DNA of 64,000 nt from Heterodontus francisci (Eukaryota): contig NC_090404.1 of assembly GCF_036365525.1 (NCBI RefSeq), forward strand, positions 8,680,001-8,744,000, read 5' to 3'. The position numbers were made by a program, and so were the translations under genes. Shown here one piece after another: positions 1 to 11,140 of this stretch (position 1 is the stretch's first letter; every line of letters begins with the position of its first letter). The notes beneath the pieces are model-generated. The model was given only the letters and a program-made list of their open reading frames with translations. It searched no databases and was not told where the DNA came from.

Positions 1-300
1 ATATAATAGATCGTGTGTAACTGATTCCAGTGGCAGGAAGTTTGATATCCCAAGGACACAGATTTCAGGGAATTGCCACAAAAGACAGGGGAGAGGAGAT
101 TTTTTTTAAAGGGCGAGTTTCATTATTTGGAATGTACAGCCTGAAAGGGTGGAGGAAGCAGATTCAATAGTAATTTTCAGAGAACTGTATATGTGCTTGA
201 ACAGGGCTGTATGAGAGCATGGCAAGTAAGACTAAGGCGATAGCTCTTTCAAAGAGCCGGCGCAAATACGATGGGCCAAATGGTATCATTCGTGACTGTG
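1..300 (+). mobile_element. Degraded CR1 LINE 3' fragment
   Basis: Typical CR1 ORF2 C-terminal and 3'UTR sequence (tggaatgtacagcctgaaagggtggaggaagcagattcaatagtaattttc); inverted homolog at ~52,330-52,655. Confidence 0.7.
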
Positions 301-519
301 TGATCCAATGTTTCTAGTCGCTTCATTTCTCCCGCAAGTCAGTTGTTCCCAGTCACCTAAACAGTGATCAGGTGCAGCCTGGCAACAGAATTCTGACATC
401 CAACTATCTCCCTTTCCACTACATCAACATCCTCACTGCGCAATCTCTGCGGTTCCACAGAATCTTGAGTTCACTCAAACTGGAGTTGGCGGCAGCCCCG
501 CCCACAGCTTTAGTTTGCT

Positions 520-524
<5 letters not shown>

Positions 525-550
<26 letters not shown>
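525..550 (+). repeat. (CT)n microsatellite in V promoter
   Basis: Direct read of the ctctct run. Confidence 0.9.
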
Positions 551-695
551 GACCTGCCTTGCCTGCCCCGTTTTGGAGATTGCTGTCGCTGTTCCTTGTT
601 TAGTATTAAATCGGCAGTGCAGTGTGGCGAGGATCTGTCTTCCTGCTCCGACAGAATATTTCCCAGACTGCAGAGTTACAGACTCCGGGACCACC

Positions 696-1192
696 ATGTA
701 GAACCGTCTCTCGCCGCTTCTCATTATTATATCACTTCTCAGTAAGTATTTGCTTCCCAGTAAAAATCCATTCTCCACAGAGCTGTTAATATGGGTGAAA
801 TGATAGTGATGATGGTGTTGATGGTTAGATTGATCCATATAGTATTGATGCTCATTGTACTATTTTTTGTATGTTTGAATGGAGCCACCAAGACACAATA
901 TAACAGCCGGTTCCTGAAATGATGGTTGAAGGGGAAAGTAATATCACACTAACGTGTACCATGAAAACAAGCATTTCTAAAACTTTGCATGTTCCCGTAC
1001 AGTCAGCACCCCGGGCAGCCTCCACAGTACGTGTTTTATCTCTATGGGGTGATAGTTCACCGGAACCCCGACTTCACTGAACGATCCTCTTCTACCTTCA
1101 GCAAAACTGCCAAGATTACCCAGCTAAAGATCCACAACTCCCTGATCTCTGGCACCGCTGTGTATTTCTGTGCCATCGGGTGCCATGAGCCC
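696..1192 (+). pseudogene. TCR V pseudogene, same family as the array
   Basis: ATG followed directly by TAG; donor GTAAGT at 742; acceptor AG changed to TG; TAA in FR1; Trp lost; AVYFC kept; heptamer decayed to CACCCCG and nonamer deleted. Confidence 0.9.
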
Positions 1193-1247
1193 CACCCCGC
1201 TGCAGAGATGTTGCTGACACCGGATTCACTGAGAGTTGCAGTTAGAG

Positions 1248-1262
1248 CTCACCAGAGGGCGC
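1248..1262 (+). promoter_or_regulatory. CTCF-like motif 3' of V pseudogene
   Basis: CTCACCAGAGGGCGC with TGCAGT upstream. Confidence 0.7.
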
Positions 1263-1711
1263 CCTCACACCAGTAAACAGAAGCAATAATTCAGCCTCCA
1301 CTCTGAGATTCTCAGGAACCTTCTTAAAATTGCAATGAAGCACAGCAATCAACAGCCACAGCTGATGTCCACTTGTGCAGTTATATTAGACAGTGATTAC
1401 AACGCACATTTATAAGAAAAATGAACTTTATATTCGATTTCTGATGCCTTGGCTCCCTTTTTGTTTTCCGATGCTCTCCCCCTGTCCACTTGTTCCTCAT
1501 TATCGCGTGGCTCCACTGTTCACCGAAAAGTGAATACTTTTCCTTTTTAAACCTTCAGTTTAAAGGTTTAAAACTTTTGTTTCTGTTCAGAATATAAATG
1601 CAGAACCGTTCCAATCGAGCTTCTAGAAGCAGGAGCTGTGGGATCCGGCCAAAGGCTCAACACAGAATCCCTCACATCCTGTTCACTGCCATCTGACCAC
1701 TACCCAGTACA

Positions 1712-1727
1712 GCCACCAGAGGGCGGC
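1712..1727 (+). promoter_or_regulatory. CTCF-like motif
   Basis: GCCACCAGAGGGCGGC. Confidence 0.75.
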
Positions 1728-2279
1728 AGATAGCAATACTCCTTTCATGGATCAAACGTTGGGCAGTAAGGTGATTTCTGTTTCTCCAAAAGCTGAGTAA
1801 AACTTGGAATATATAGAAGTTTAATACTTGAAATCAATTTACCTCAATGGATTGGGAATGTACATTGAATAATAATCCTCACAAAGATGCATCCACGTAT
1901 CGAACGATTGGTTTCTGATACTAACCAGTGAGCAGGACAAGTGAGTGGAAGTTGTGGAAGATGGTGAAAGAATATTAAAATGTGAATGACAAACACACTC
2001 TGAGATTTCATTTCTGAAGCCACTCGCTGTACCGTTAGTGGAGATAGATGGTAAAGGTTTATTTCTGTTCGGTTGTTTTGTTCAGTAACAGCAGATATCA
2101 TTGTTCGAATAGGAAGGATCTATCAATCACTCTGGCAAAATACAGAATCATTGTTAGTTCACTAGTTAACAAATCGGTGAAGGAAATCTCACTGCAGTCA
2201 CGGTTACCAGTGTGCTGATGGTGACGTTACTGGAATTTGAGAGGAAGAGTTGACTCCAGAAAACAAACAAATCTATGAG

Positions 2280-2520
2280 CAATCTCATGTTTCTGGTTAC
2301 AATAACCGGACAAGGGTTTCAGTCCCCGCCCCACATCTCTCATCGTAGAACCATTTCCCCTATAAGGACAGTGACTGCAGCCCAATCCGAGCTGTTTCCA
2401 TTCACTGACAACCAGCTCACCACCTCCCGGTCTCACAGCACCACTGGGGACAGAAGGAAGTGAGATGAGAAAATCCTGAGACATGTCAGGAGATTATTGA
2501 TTCTGGGGATTAGGACGGGT
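2280..2520 (+). promoter_or_regulatory. V promoter homologous to that of the intact V at 47,270
   Basis: GC box CCCCGCCCC and ETS-type AGGAAGTG; reverse-complement similarity to ~47,320-47,560. Confidence 0.6.
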
Positions 2521-2529
2521 GCATCACCT

Positions 2530-2675
2530 GGCAACCGGAACCAGAGCTCGGTTCCTTGCAGCAGAGAAGTTCAGTTCTCTGACTGTTAGCGCCACTCGGC
2601 TGACAGGCACCGCCACCTATTTGTGTGCAATGGAAACAAAGTGGAGCAAAGATCAGCAGGTACCGTACATAAACC
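2530..2675 (+). pseudogene. 3' relic of a TCR V with decayed 23-RSS
   Basis: FSSLTVSATRLTGTATYLCAME, then CAAAGTG (2637-2643), 23 bp, ACATAAACC (2667-2675). Confidence 0.8.
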
Positions 2676-2778
2676 TGCCGTGGGCTGGTCCTGACCGTGT
2701 GTAGCCTGTGCAGTTCACAGAGCTCTAGCAGTTTTATAACACTCTCATTATTTTCCGCCGAACTCGACACCAAACCCC

Positions 2779-3170
2779 ACGCGTTCCCCGCATTCCTTAC
2801 TGATAATAATGACCGTGCTGCTCGGTGAGTCTGTGTTTAAATGGTCATTGTCTGTCTCATGCGTCACATTCAATCCCAGGCTGAGACACAATCTGTGTTT
2901 TGTTACAGGAGCGAGTGGCGCAGACTCAGTGTCCCAGGATCCGTCTGAGTTCACGGTTCCGGAAGAACATTCTGTCATATTCAGCTATCGTTACTCCACA
3001 CCTAACAGCTTTCTCTCCCTCCATCGGTGCATCAACATTCCGGGAAAGCTCCGCGATATTTACCTAGGCGATCAAACTCAGGTCATAAAGAGACGTCTCA
3101 AGGTTTCCCAGACTGATTCTCTGTTGATTTGGATAAGGATACAGACAGCAACACAACTGTTTGACTTGAA
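2779..3170 (+). pseudogene. TCR V pseudogene, 3'-truncated
   Basis: 46-nt leader starting ACG instead of ATG; GTGAGT donor at 2825; acceptor at 2908; ADSVSQDPSEFTVPEE; Cys and Trp lost; frameshifts. Confidence 0.75.
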
Positions 3171-3302
3171 ACCTGACAGTGGTCGTTCTCAGTGGACATG
3201 GCATCAAAGTAATCATGCCGATAAAGCCCCAAAGAACACTTAACGGAGCTGTAAACTGGCTGAGGGTTTTCTGCGGGGTCTTGGTTTTTATCTGACGATG
3301 TA

Positions 3303-3807
3303 CCTCACTGCACAGTAATAGAGTGCCCCGTCCTCCACACTCAGGTCACTTATATTTATTGAGATAATCGTAATTCTTAGACTTGCCAGCAGCCGCAAGA
3401 TATTGTTCGGAGATTTTGTTTTCCTTAAGTGCTACAAGTTTGCTAATAATCCAGCTTGGAAGCTGTGTCGGTTTTTGCCGTTACCGTTGCATGTTCTTTA
3501 TAACCTGGGCTGAATATCAGCAATCTACCTGCACCGAAAGCCCTTCTGACAAGGTTATTCTCACCGGAGAGTGAGTTACTGGATCTGCACATAGTCCGTC
3601 TTTAAAGGTAGAGGAATAAAGAAAAGCAGGTTAAACAGGGTTGATTTCAACTAGTGTCTATCTGTGTGAGTGCGTATAAAATCTCATCTACCCAACTAAG
3701 TGGATTAAATCCGAGTGTAAACCATTTGCACGAATCTGCTAACTTACCTTGCGTAATCTAATCCAGTACTTACTGTACAACACAGCCGCCAGTATTATTA
3801 GAAACAT
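3303..3807 (-). pseudogene. TCR V pseudogene
   Basis: Leader MFLIILAAVLY (3807-3774) with GTAAGT; exon from 3599 reads GLCADPVTHSPVRITLSEGLSVQVDC*...ISDLSVEDGALYYCAVR; stops, frameshift, decayed RSS. Confidence 0.85.
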
Positions 3808-3908
3808 TTCTAATTGAATCTCACGCCGTGATTGGAATGGAATGAACCAAAGATTGAGAAGGGGAGAGAGGTAACCCGGGGCCTGTTCAGCTCATAGTTC
3901 CACCCACA

Positions 3909-4025
3909 CACAGCAGGGGGCGGTACTATTGTGACCTCACTCAGCCTGCGATGCTAATTGGCCTTGGTGCTGGCATCACATGACTTCAGATTTACCACGT
4001 TTGGGTTTAGCGCCCTCTGCTGGCG
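3909..4025. promoter_or_regulatory. Two CTCF-like motifs, + at 3909-3923 and - at 4009-4025
   Basis: CACAGCAGGGGGCGG on +; CGCCAGCAGAGGGCGCT on -. Confidence 0.65.
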
Positions 4026-4169
4026 GATTCTGTTCAATCTGGTTTAGAATGTGGCCATTGAGTGGATTTACGGTTTACTGATTTACATACAAAATGTCTC
4101 ATAGAAACCTAAATTGCAGCTCATTGGACCCAAACTTTATTTGTTGCTGAAGTTTATGCTATAAAATGA

Positions 4170-4730
4170 TGTCAAACCTTTGTAAATCACTGTTCAGACA
4201 TCAGCTGGAGTTCTGTGTCCAATTCTGGGCACCACTATTCAGAAAGAACCTCAAGACATTGGGGAAAGTGCGGAATGGTATCAGAGATGACTGACTGTTA
4301 TGTGAACGGACTGAAGAGACAGGGATTGTCCGCCTTATCTGAAAGAAGTTTCAAGAGAGACTTAATTGAGATGCTCAACATTCTAAGTGGTTTTGATGAA
4401 GTAGATCACTCGTAACTGTTTCCACGAGCAGAAAAATCGATAACCCAAGCACCCCGCTTTAAGAGAAATGATAAAAAGACAAGCCAAGATTAGATTTATT
4501 TATTACACAGCAATTTGTTAAAATCTGGAATGCACTGCCTAAAAGGGCGGCGGAGGAAGATTCAACCGTAACTTTCAAAAGGAGATTATGTATAACTTGA
4601 AAGGGAAAGTAAAGCCGGACTTTGTGGAAAACACGGGGAGTGCAAGATGAATTGGAGAGCTCCTTCAAAGAGGCATAGGTACCTTAAGGCCGAACGGCCT
4701 CATTTCGTGCTCTAAGGTTCTATCATTCTA
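4170..4730 (+). mobile_element. Degraded CR1 LINE 3' fragment
   Basis: LEFCVQFWAP-like coding remnant, CR1 3'UTR and ttcta-type tail. Confidence 0.8.
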
Positions 4731-5071
4731 GTCCCCTCATGTCCCTCACACTCTGTTGCCAGCCAAACGAGCAGTGCGCAGGTGCAGGATGGCCACAGAC
4801 TTCTGGAGATTCAACCGTTGCTATTTCCGCTCCATCAGTTCCGAGTGCAGCTGAGTGTCGCCGCACACTTCGCTCAATTCTGTGTCTGCGGTATCCCCGC
4901 CCAAAGCTTCCGTTTGTTGCTCTCACTCTGACCCGAATCTGTTATTGGAGCGATTGCTGCCGCGGGTCCATTCTTCTCATTGGATGGATCAGCAGTGCAG
5001 TGGGACGGAGATCTGTATTTCTGCTCCGACAGAGTTTCCTGCACTGCAGAGTTACAGATTCAGGAAGTATC

Positions 5072-5571
5072 ATGGGGAACCGTCTCTCACCGCTTCTCAT
5101 CTTTCTATCACTTCTCAGTAAATATTTCCTTCCCAGTAAAAATCCATTCTCCCCCTGCTGCATTCTAGATGTTATTGTTGGTAAAATAATAGTGATGGCG
5201 ATGGTGACTGTTATGTCAATCAATATGAGGAAAATTCTGATTGCTGATATTACTATTTTTCTGTTAGAATGGAGCCACCAAGACACAGTGGAACAGTCGG
5301 TTGCTGAAAGAACGGTTGAAAAGGGATCGAAAGTCACACTAACCTGCACCTTGAAAACAAGCGATTCGAACCCTTATGTGTACTGGTACAGTCAGCGCCC
5401 CGGGCAGCCTCCACACAACATACTTCGTCTTATTGCAGGGAATGTACACAGGAACACCGGCATCACTGTTCGGTTCTCGGCTACGTTTAATAAAACTGCC
5501 AAGATTACCGAGCTAACGGTCAGCAACACCCTGATCTCCGACAGCGCCGTGTATTTCTGTGCCATGAGCCC
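5072..5571 (+). CDS. TCR alpha/delta-type V segment, copy 1 (L 5072-5117, V 5268-5571)
   Basis: Leader MGNRLSPLLIFLSLLKWSHQ; Cys, Trp and DSAVYFC intact; donor GTAAAT; RSS 5572-5611. Confidence 0.92.
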
Positions 5572-5611
5572 CACACTGCTGCAGAGATACAGCAGATCCC
5601 GAACAAAAACC
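5572..5611 (+). other. RSS of copy 1, representative of all 16: CACACTG, 24 bp, ACAAAAACC
   Basis: Heptamer 5572-5578, nonamer 5603-5611. Confidence 0.9.
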
Positions 5612-5634
5612 CACACTGAGAGTTCCAGTTAGCG

Positions 5635-5649
5635 CTCACCAGAGGGCGC
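5635..5649 (+). promoter_or_regulatory. RSS-adjacent CTCF-like motif, present in all 16 units
   Basis: CTCACCAGAGGGCGC 23 bp after the nonamer. Confidence 0.75.
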
Positions 5650-6018
5650 GCTTCCACCGAGAAACAGAAACAATAATTCAGCCTCCACAATGAGTCACAG
5701 GGAGATTCTTAAAACTGCGACAGAGCACAAACCTCAACAACAGGCGAGGTGCACTTGTGCAGTTATCTTAGTCTGTGACTACAACTTGCATTTATCGTTA
5801 AAAAATGAGCTTTACAAATCGAAGTCAGCTATCTTTACTCACCTTTTATCTTTCGATGCTCTTTCCCTGCCTCCTTGTTCCTGTCACACCCTGTCTCTAC
5901 ACTTGACCCAGTACTGTATACATTTCCTTCTTGCAGTCTTTAGTTTACAAATATAAATCTTTACTAAATTTCGGTACGTTAATTCAGAGCCATTCCAACC
6001 CAGATGCCCACTAATTCA

Positions 6019-7223
6019 AAGAACAAAGATCAAAGAACAGTACAGCACAGGAACAGGCCATTCGGCCCTCCAAGCCTGCGCCGATCTTGATGCCTGCCTA
6101 AACTAAAACCTTCTGCACTTCCGGGCACCATATCCCTCTATTCCCATCCTAATCATGTATTTGTCAAGATGCCTCTTAAACGTCATTATCGTAACTGCTT
6201 CCACCACCTCCCCCGGCAGCAAGCTCCAGGCACTCACCACCCTCTGTGTAAAGAACTTGCCTCGCACATCCCCTCTAAACTTTGCCCCTCGCACCTTAAA
6301 CCTATGTCCCCTAGTAACTGACTCCTCCACCCTGGGAAAAAGCTTCTGACGATCCATTCTGTCCATGCCGCTCATAACTTTGTAAACCTCTATCACGTCA
6401 CCCCTCCACCTCCGTCGTTCCAGTGAAAATAATACGAGTTTATCCAACCTCTCCTCATAACTGATGCCCTCCAGACCAGGCAACATCCTGGTAAACCTCT
6501 TCTGTACCCTCTCCAAAGCCTCCACGTCTTTCTGGTAGTGTGGCGACCAGAATTGCACGCAATATTCCAAGTGTTGCCTAAGTAAGGTTCTGTACAGCTG
6601 CAACATGACTTGCCTATTTTTATACTCTATGCCCCGACCGATGAAGGCAAGCATGCCGTATGCCTTCTTGCCTACCTTATCCACCTGCGTTGCCACTTTC
6701 AGTGACCTGTCGACCTGTACGCCCAGATCTCTTTGCCTGTCAATAATCCTAAGGGTTCTGCCATTTTCTGTATACTTCCCACCTGCATTAGATCTTCCAA
6801 AATGCATTACCTCACATTTGTCCGGATTAAACTCCATCTGCCATTTCTCCGCCCAAGTCTCCAACCAATCTATTTCCTGCTGTACCCTCTGACAATCCTC
6901 ATCACTGTCTGCAACTCCACCAACCTTTGTGTCGTCTGCAAACTTACTAATCAGACCAGCTACATTTTCCTCCAAATCATTTATTTATACGACAAAGAGC
7001 AAAGGTCCCAGCACTGATCCCTGCGGAACACCACTAGTCACATCACTCCATTCAGAAAAGCACCCTTCCACTGCTACCCTCTGTCTTCTATAACAGAGCC
7101 AGTTCTGTATCCATCTTGCCAGCTCACCTCTGATCTCGTGTGACTTCACCTTTTGTACCAGTCTGCCATGAGGGACCTTGTCAAAGGCTTTACTAAAGTC
7201 CAGATAGATAACATCCACTGCAC
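6019..7223 (-). mobile_element. 5'-truncated CR1 LINE, unit 1
   Basis: RT motifs DFSKAFDKVPH, GVPQGSVLGP, KFADD; repeated tail (AAAGAAC on +). Confidence 0.95.
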
Positions 7224-7423
7224 AGATTCAGCGCTGGTTTAAACCGACTTCACTGATGATTCACTTATTATTGACTAACATAATAGTCCTGATTATCCTG
7301 TCCCGAACCTGCCTTCCTGCAATATGTAATGGATGGGAAAGTGCCGCAGCTCTTATAGAAAGGCAGAGTTGTAGTATTTTCGACAGAGACATTAATATTT
7401 AATTCCGTTCCTTCCAAGTGGAT

Positions 7424-7631
7424 ATTCCACGTGACAACACTGCCTGCGGCAGCCCCGCCCACAGTTTCCGTTTGCTGCTCTCGCTCTGACCCAATTTTGT
7501 TATTGGAGGGATTGCTGCCGCGGGTCCATTCTTCTCATTGGTTGGATCAGCAGTGCAGTGGGACGGGGATCTGTATTTCTGCTCCGACAGAGAGTTTCCT
7601 GCACTGCAGAGTTACAGATTCAGGAAGTATC
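7424..7631 (+). promoter_or_regulatory. V promoter of copies 2-16 (representative)
   Basis: E-box CACGTGAC, GC box GCCCCGCCC, ATTGG (reverse CCAAT), ETS-type CAGGAAGT just before the ATG. Confidence 0.6.
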
Positions 7632-8131
7632 ATGGGGAACCGTCTCTCACCGCTTCTCATCTTTCTCTCACTTCTCAGTAAGTATTTCCTTCCCAGTAAA
7701 AATCCATTCTCCCCCTGCTGCATTCTAGATGTTATTGTTGGTAAAATAATAGTGATGGTGATGGTGACTGTTATGTCAATCAATATGAGGAAAATTCTGA
7801 TTGCTGATATTACTATTTTTCTGTTAGAATGGAGCCACCAAGACACAGTGGAACAGTCGGTTGCTGAAAGAACGGTTGAAAAGGGATCGAAAGTCACACT
7901 AACCTGCACCTTGAAAACAAGCGATTCGAACTCTTATGTGTACTGGTACAGTCAGCACCCCGGGCAGCCTCCACACAACATACTTCGTCTTATTGGAGGG
8001 AATCTATACAGGAACACCGGCATCACTGTTCGGTTCTCGGCTGCGTTTAATAAAACTGCCAAGATGACTGAGCTAACGGTCAGCAACACCCTGATTTCCG
8101 ACAGCGCCGTGTATTTCTGTGCCATGAGCCC
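7632..8131 (+). CDS. TCR V segment copy 2 (L 7632-7677, V 7828-8131)
   Basis: Open V exon; GTAAGT/AG splice sites; RSS 8132-8171 with nonamer GCAAAAACC. Confidence 0.92.
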
Positions 8132-8580
8132 CACACTGCTGCAGAGATCTAGCAGATCCTGTGCAAAAACCCACACTGAGAGTTCCAGTTAGCGCTCACC
8201 AGAGGGCGCGCTTGGACCGATAAACAGAAACAATAATTCAGCCTCCACAGTGAGAGACACAGAGAGACTCTTAAAACTGCGACAGAGCACAAACCTCAAC
8301 AACAGGCGAGGTCCACTTGTGCAGTTATCTTAGTCTGTGACTACAACTTGCATTTATCGTTAAAAAATGAACTTTACAAATCGAAGTCAGCGATCTTTAC
8401 TCACCTTTTATCTTTCGATGCTCTTTCCCTGCCGACTTGTTCCTGTCACACCCTGTCTCTACACTTGACCCAGTATTGTATACATTTCCTTCTTACAGTC
8501 TTTAGTTTACAAATATAAATCTTTACTAAATTTCGGTACGTTAATTCAGAACCATTCCAACCCAGATGCCCACTGATTCA

Positions 8581-9785
8581 AAGAACAAAGATCAAAGAAC
8601 AGTACAGCACAGGAACAGGCCATTCGGCCCTCCAAGCCTGCACCGATCTTGATGCCTGTCTAAACTAAAACCTTCTGCATTTCCGGGCACCATATCCCTC
8701 TATTCCCATCCTAATCATGTATTTGTCAAGATGCCTCTTGAACGTCGCTATCGTACCTGCTTCCACCACCTCTCCCGGCAGCAAGTTCCAGGCACTCACC
8801 ACCCTCTGTGTAAAGAACTTGCCTCGCACATCCCCTCTAAACTTTGCCCTTCGCGCCTTAAACCTATGTCCCCTAGTAACTGACTCCTCCACCCTGGGAA
8901 AAAGCTTCTGACTATCCACTCTGTCCATGCCGCTCATAACTTTGCCAACCTCTATCATGTCGCCCCTCCACCTCCGTCGTTCCAGTGAAAACAATCTGAG
9001 TTTATCCGACCTCTCCTCATAGCTGATGCCCTCCAGACCAGGCAATATCCTGGTAAACATCTTCTGTACCCTCTCCAAAGCCTCCACGTCCTTCTGGTAG
9101 TGTGGCGACCAGAATTGCACGCAATATTCCAAGTGTGGCCTAAGTAAGGTTCTGTACAGCTGCAACATGACTTGCCTATTTTTATACTCTATGCCCCGAC
9201 CGATGAAGGCAAGCATGCCGTATGCCTTCTTGCCTACCTTATCCACCTGCGTTGCCACTTTCAGTGACCTGTAGACCTGTACGCCCAGATCTCTCTGCCT
9301 GTCAATACTCCTAAGGGTTCTGCCATTTTCTGTATACTTCCCACCTGCATTAGATCTTCCAAAATGCATTACCTCACATTTGTCCGGATTAAACTCCATC
9401 TGCCATTTCTCCGCCCAAGTCTCCAACCAATCTATTTCCTGCTGTACCCTCTGACAATCCTCATCACTGTCTGCAACTCCACCAACCTTTGTGTCGTCTG
9501 CAAACTTACTAATCAGACCAGCTACATTTTCCTCCAAATCATTTATTTATACGACAAAGAGCAAAGGTCCCAGCACTGATCCCTGCGGAACACCACTAGT
9601 CACATCACTCCATTCAGAAAAGCACCCTTCCATTGCTACCCTCTGTCTTCTATGACAGAGCCAGTTCTGGATCCATCTTGCCAGCTCACCTCTGATCTCG
9701 TGTGACTTCACCTTTTGTACCAGTCTGCCATGAGGGACCTTGTCAAAGGCTTTACTGAAGTCCATATAGATAACATCCACTGCCC
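8581..9785 (-). mobile_element. Truncated CR1, unit 2
   Basis: RT ORF remnant; GATTCA on both flanks. Confidence 0.95.
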
Positions 9786-10193
9786 AGATTCAGCGCTGGT
9801 TTAAACCGACTTCACTGATGATTCACTTATTATTGACTAACATAATAGTCCTGATAATCCTGTCCCGAACCTGCCTTCCTGAAATATGTAATGGAAGGGA
9901 AAGTGCCGCAGCTCTTATAGAAAGGCAGAGTTGTAGTATTTTCGAAAGAGACATTAATATTTAATTCCGTTCCTTACAAGTGGATATTCCACGTGACAAC
10001 ACTGCCTGCGGCAGCCACGCCCACAGTTTCCGTTTGCTGCTCTCGCTCTGACCCAATTTTGTTATTGGAGGGATTGCTGCCGCGGGTCCATTCTTCTCAT
10101 TGGTTGGATCAGCAGTGCAGTGGGACGGGGATCTGCATTTCTGCTCCGACAGAGAGTTTCCTGCACTGCAGAGTTACAGATTCAGGAAGTATC

Positions 10194-10693
10194 ATGGGGA
10201 ACCGTCTCTCACCGCTTCTCATCATTATATCACTTCTCAGTAAGTATTTCCTTCCCAGTAAAAATCCATTCTCCCCCTGCTGCATTCTAGATGTTATTGT
10301 TGGTAAAATAATAGTGATGGTGATGGTGACTGTTATGTCAATCAATATGAGGCAAATTCTGATTGCTGATATTACTATTTTTCTGTTAGAATGGAGCCAC
10401 CAAGACACAGTGGAACAGTCGGTTGCTGAAAGAACGGTTGAAAAGGGATCGAAAGTCACACTAACTTGCACCTTGAAAACAAGGGATTCGAACTCTTATG
10501 TGTACTGGTACAGTCAGCGCCCCGGGCAGCCTCCACACAACATACTTCGTCTTATTGGAGGGAATCTATACAGGAACACCGGCATCACTGTTCGGTTCTC
10601 GGCTACGTTTAATAAAACTGCCAAGATTACCGAGCTAACGGTCAGCAACACCCTGATCTCCGACAGCGCCGTGTATTTCTGTGCCATGAGCCC
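10194..10693 (+). CDS. TCR V segment copy 3
   Basis: Open L and V; CDR1 region TRDSNSY; RSS follows. Confidence 0.92.
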
Positions 10694-11140
10694 CACACTG
10701 CTGCAGAGATCTAGGAGATCCTGCACAAAAACCCACACCGAGAGTTCCAGTTAGCGCTCACCAGAGGGCGCGCTTGCACCGATAAACAGAAACAATAATT
10801 CAGCCTCCACAGTGAGAGACAGAGAGATTCTTAAAACTGCGACAGAGCACAAACCTCAACAACAGGCGAGGTGCACTTGTGCAGTTATCTGAGTCTGTGA
10901 CTACAACTTGCATTTATCGTTAAAAAATGAACTTTACAAATCGAAGTCAGCGATCTTTACTCACCTTTTATCTTTCGATGCTCTTTCCCTGCCTACTTGT
11001 TCCTGTCACACCCTGTCTCGACACTTGACCCAGTATTGTATACATTTCCTTCTTACAGTCTTTAGTTTACAAATATAAATCTTTACTAAATTTCGGTACG
11101 TTAATTCAGAACCATTCCAACCCAGATGCCCACTGATTCA

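Noticed and set aside
5284-5290. Perfect CACAGTG inside FR1 as an internal RSS
   Set aside because: No nonamer at 12 or 23 bp; it falls within the codons for D-T-V
5612-5618. Second CACACTG directly after the nonamer
   Set aside because: No matching nonamer, and it is CACACCG in many copies
7547-8176. Antisense 120-aa and 74-aa ORFs in each unit
   Set aside because: Shadows of the V segment; they recur only because the unit is repeated
7431-8192. Repeated 253-aa ORF treated as a single-exon gene
   Set aside because: It starts at GTG in the promoter and runs through leader, intron, V and RSS; canonical splice sites and an RSS explain it as a V segment
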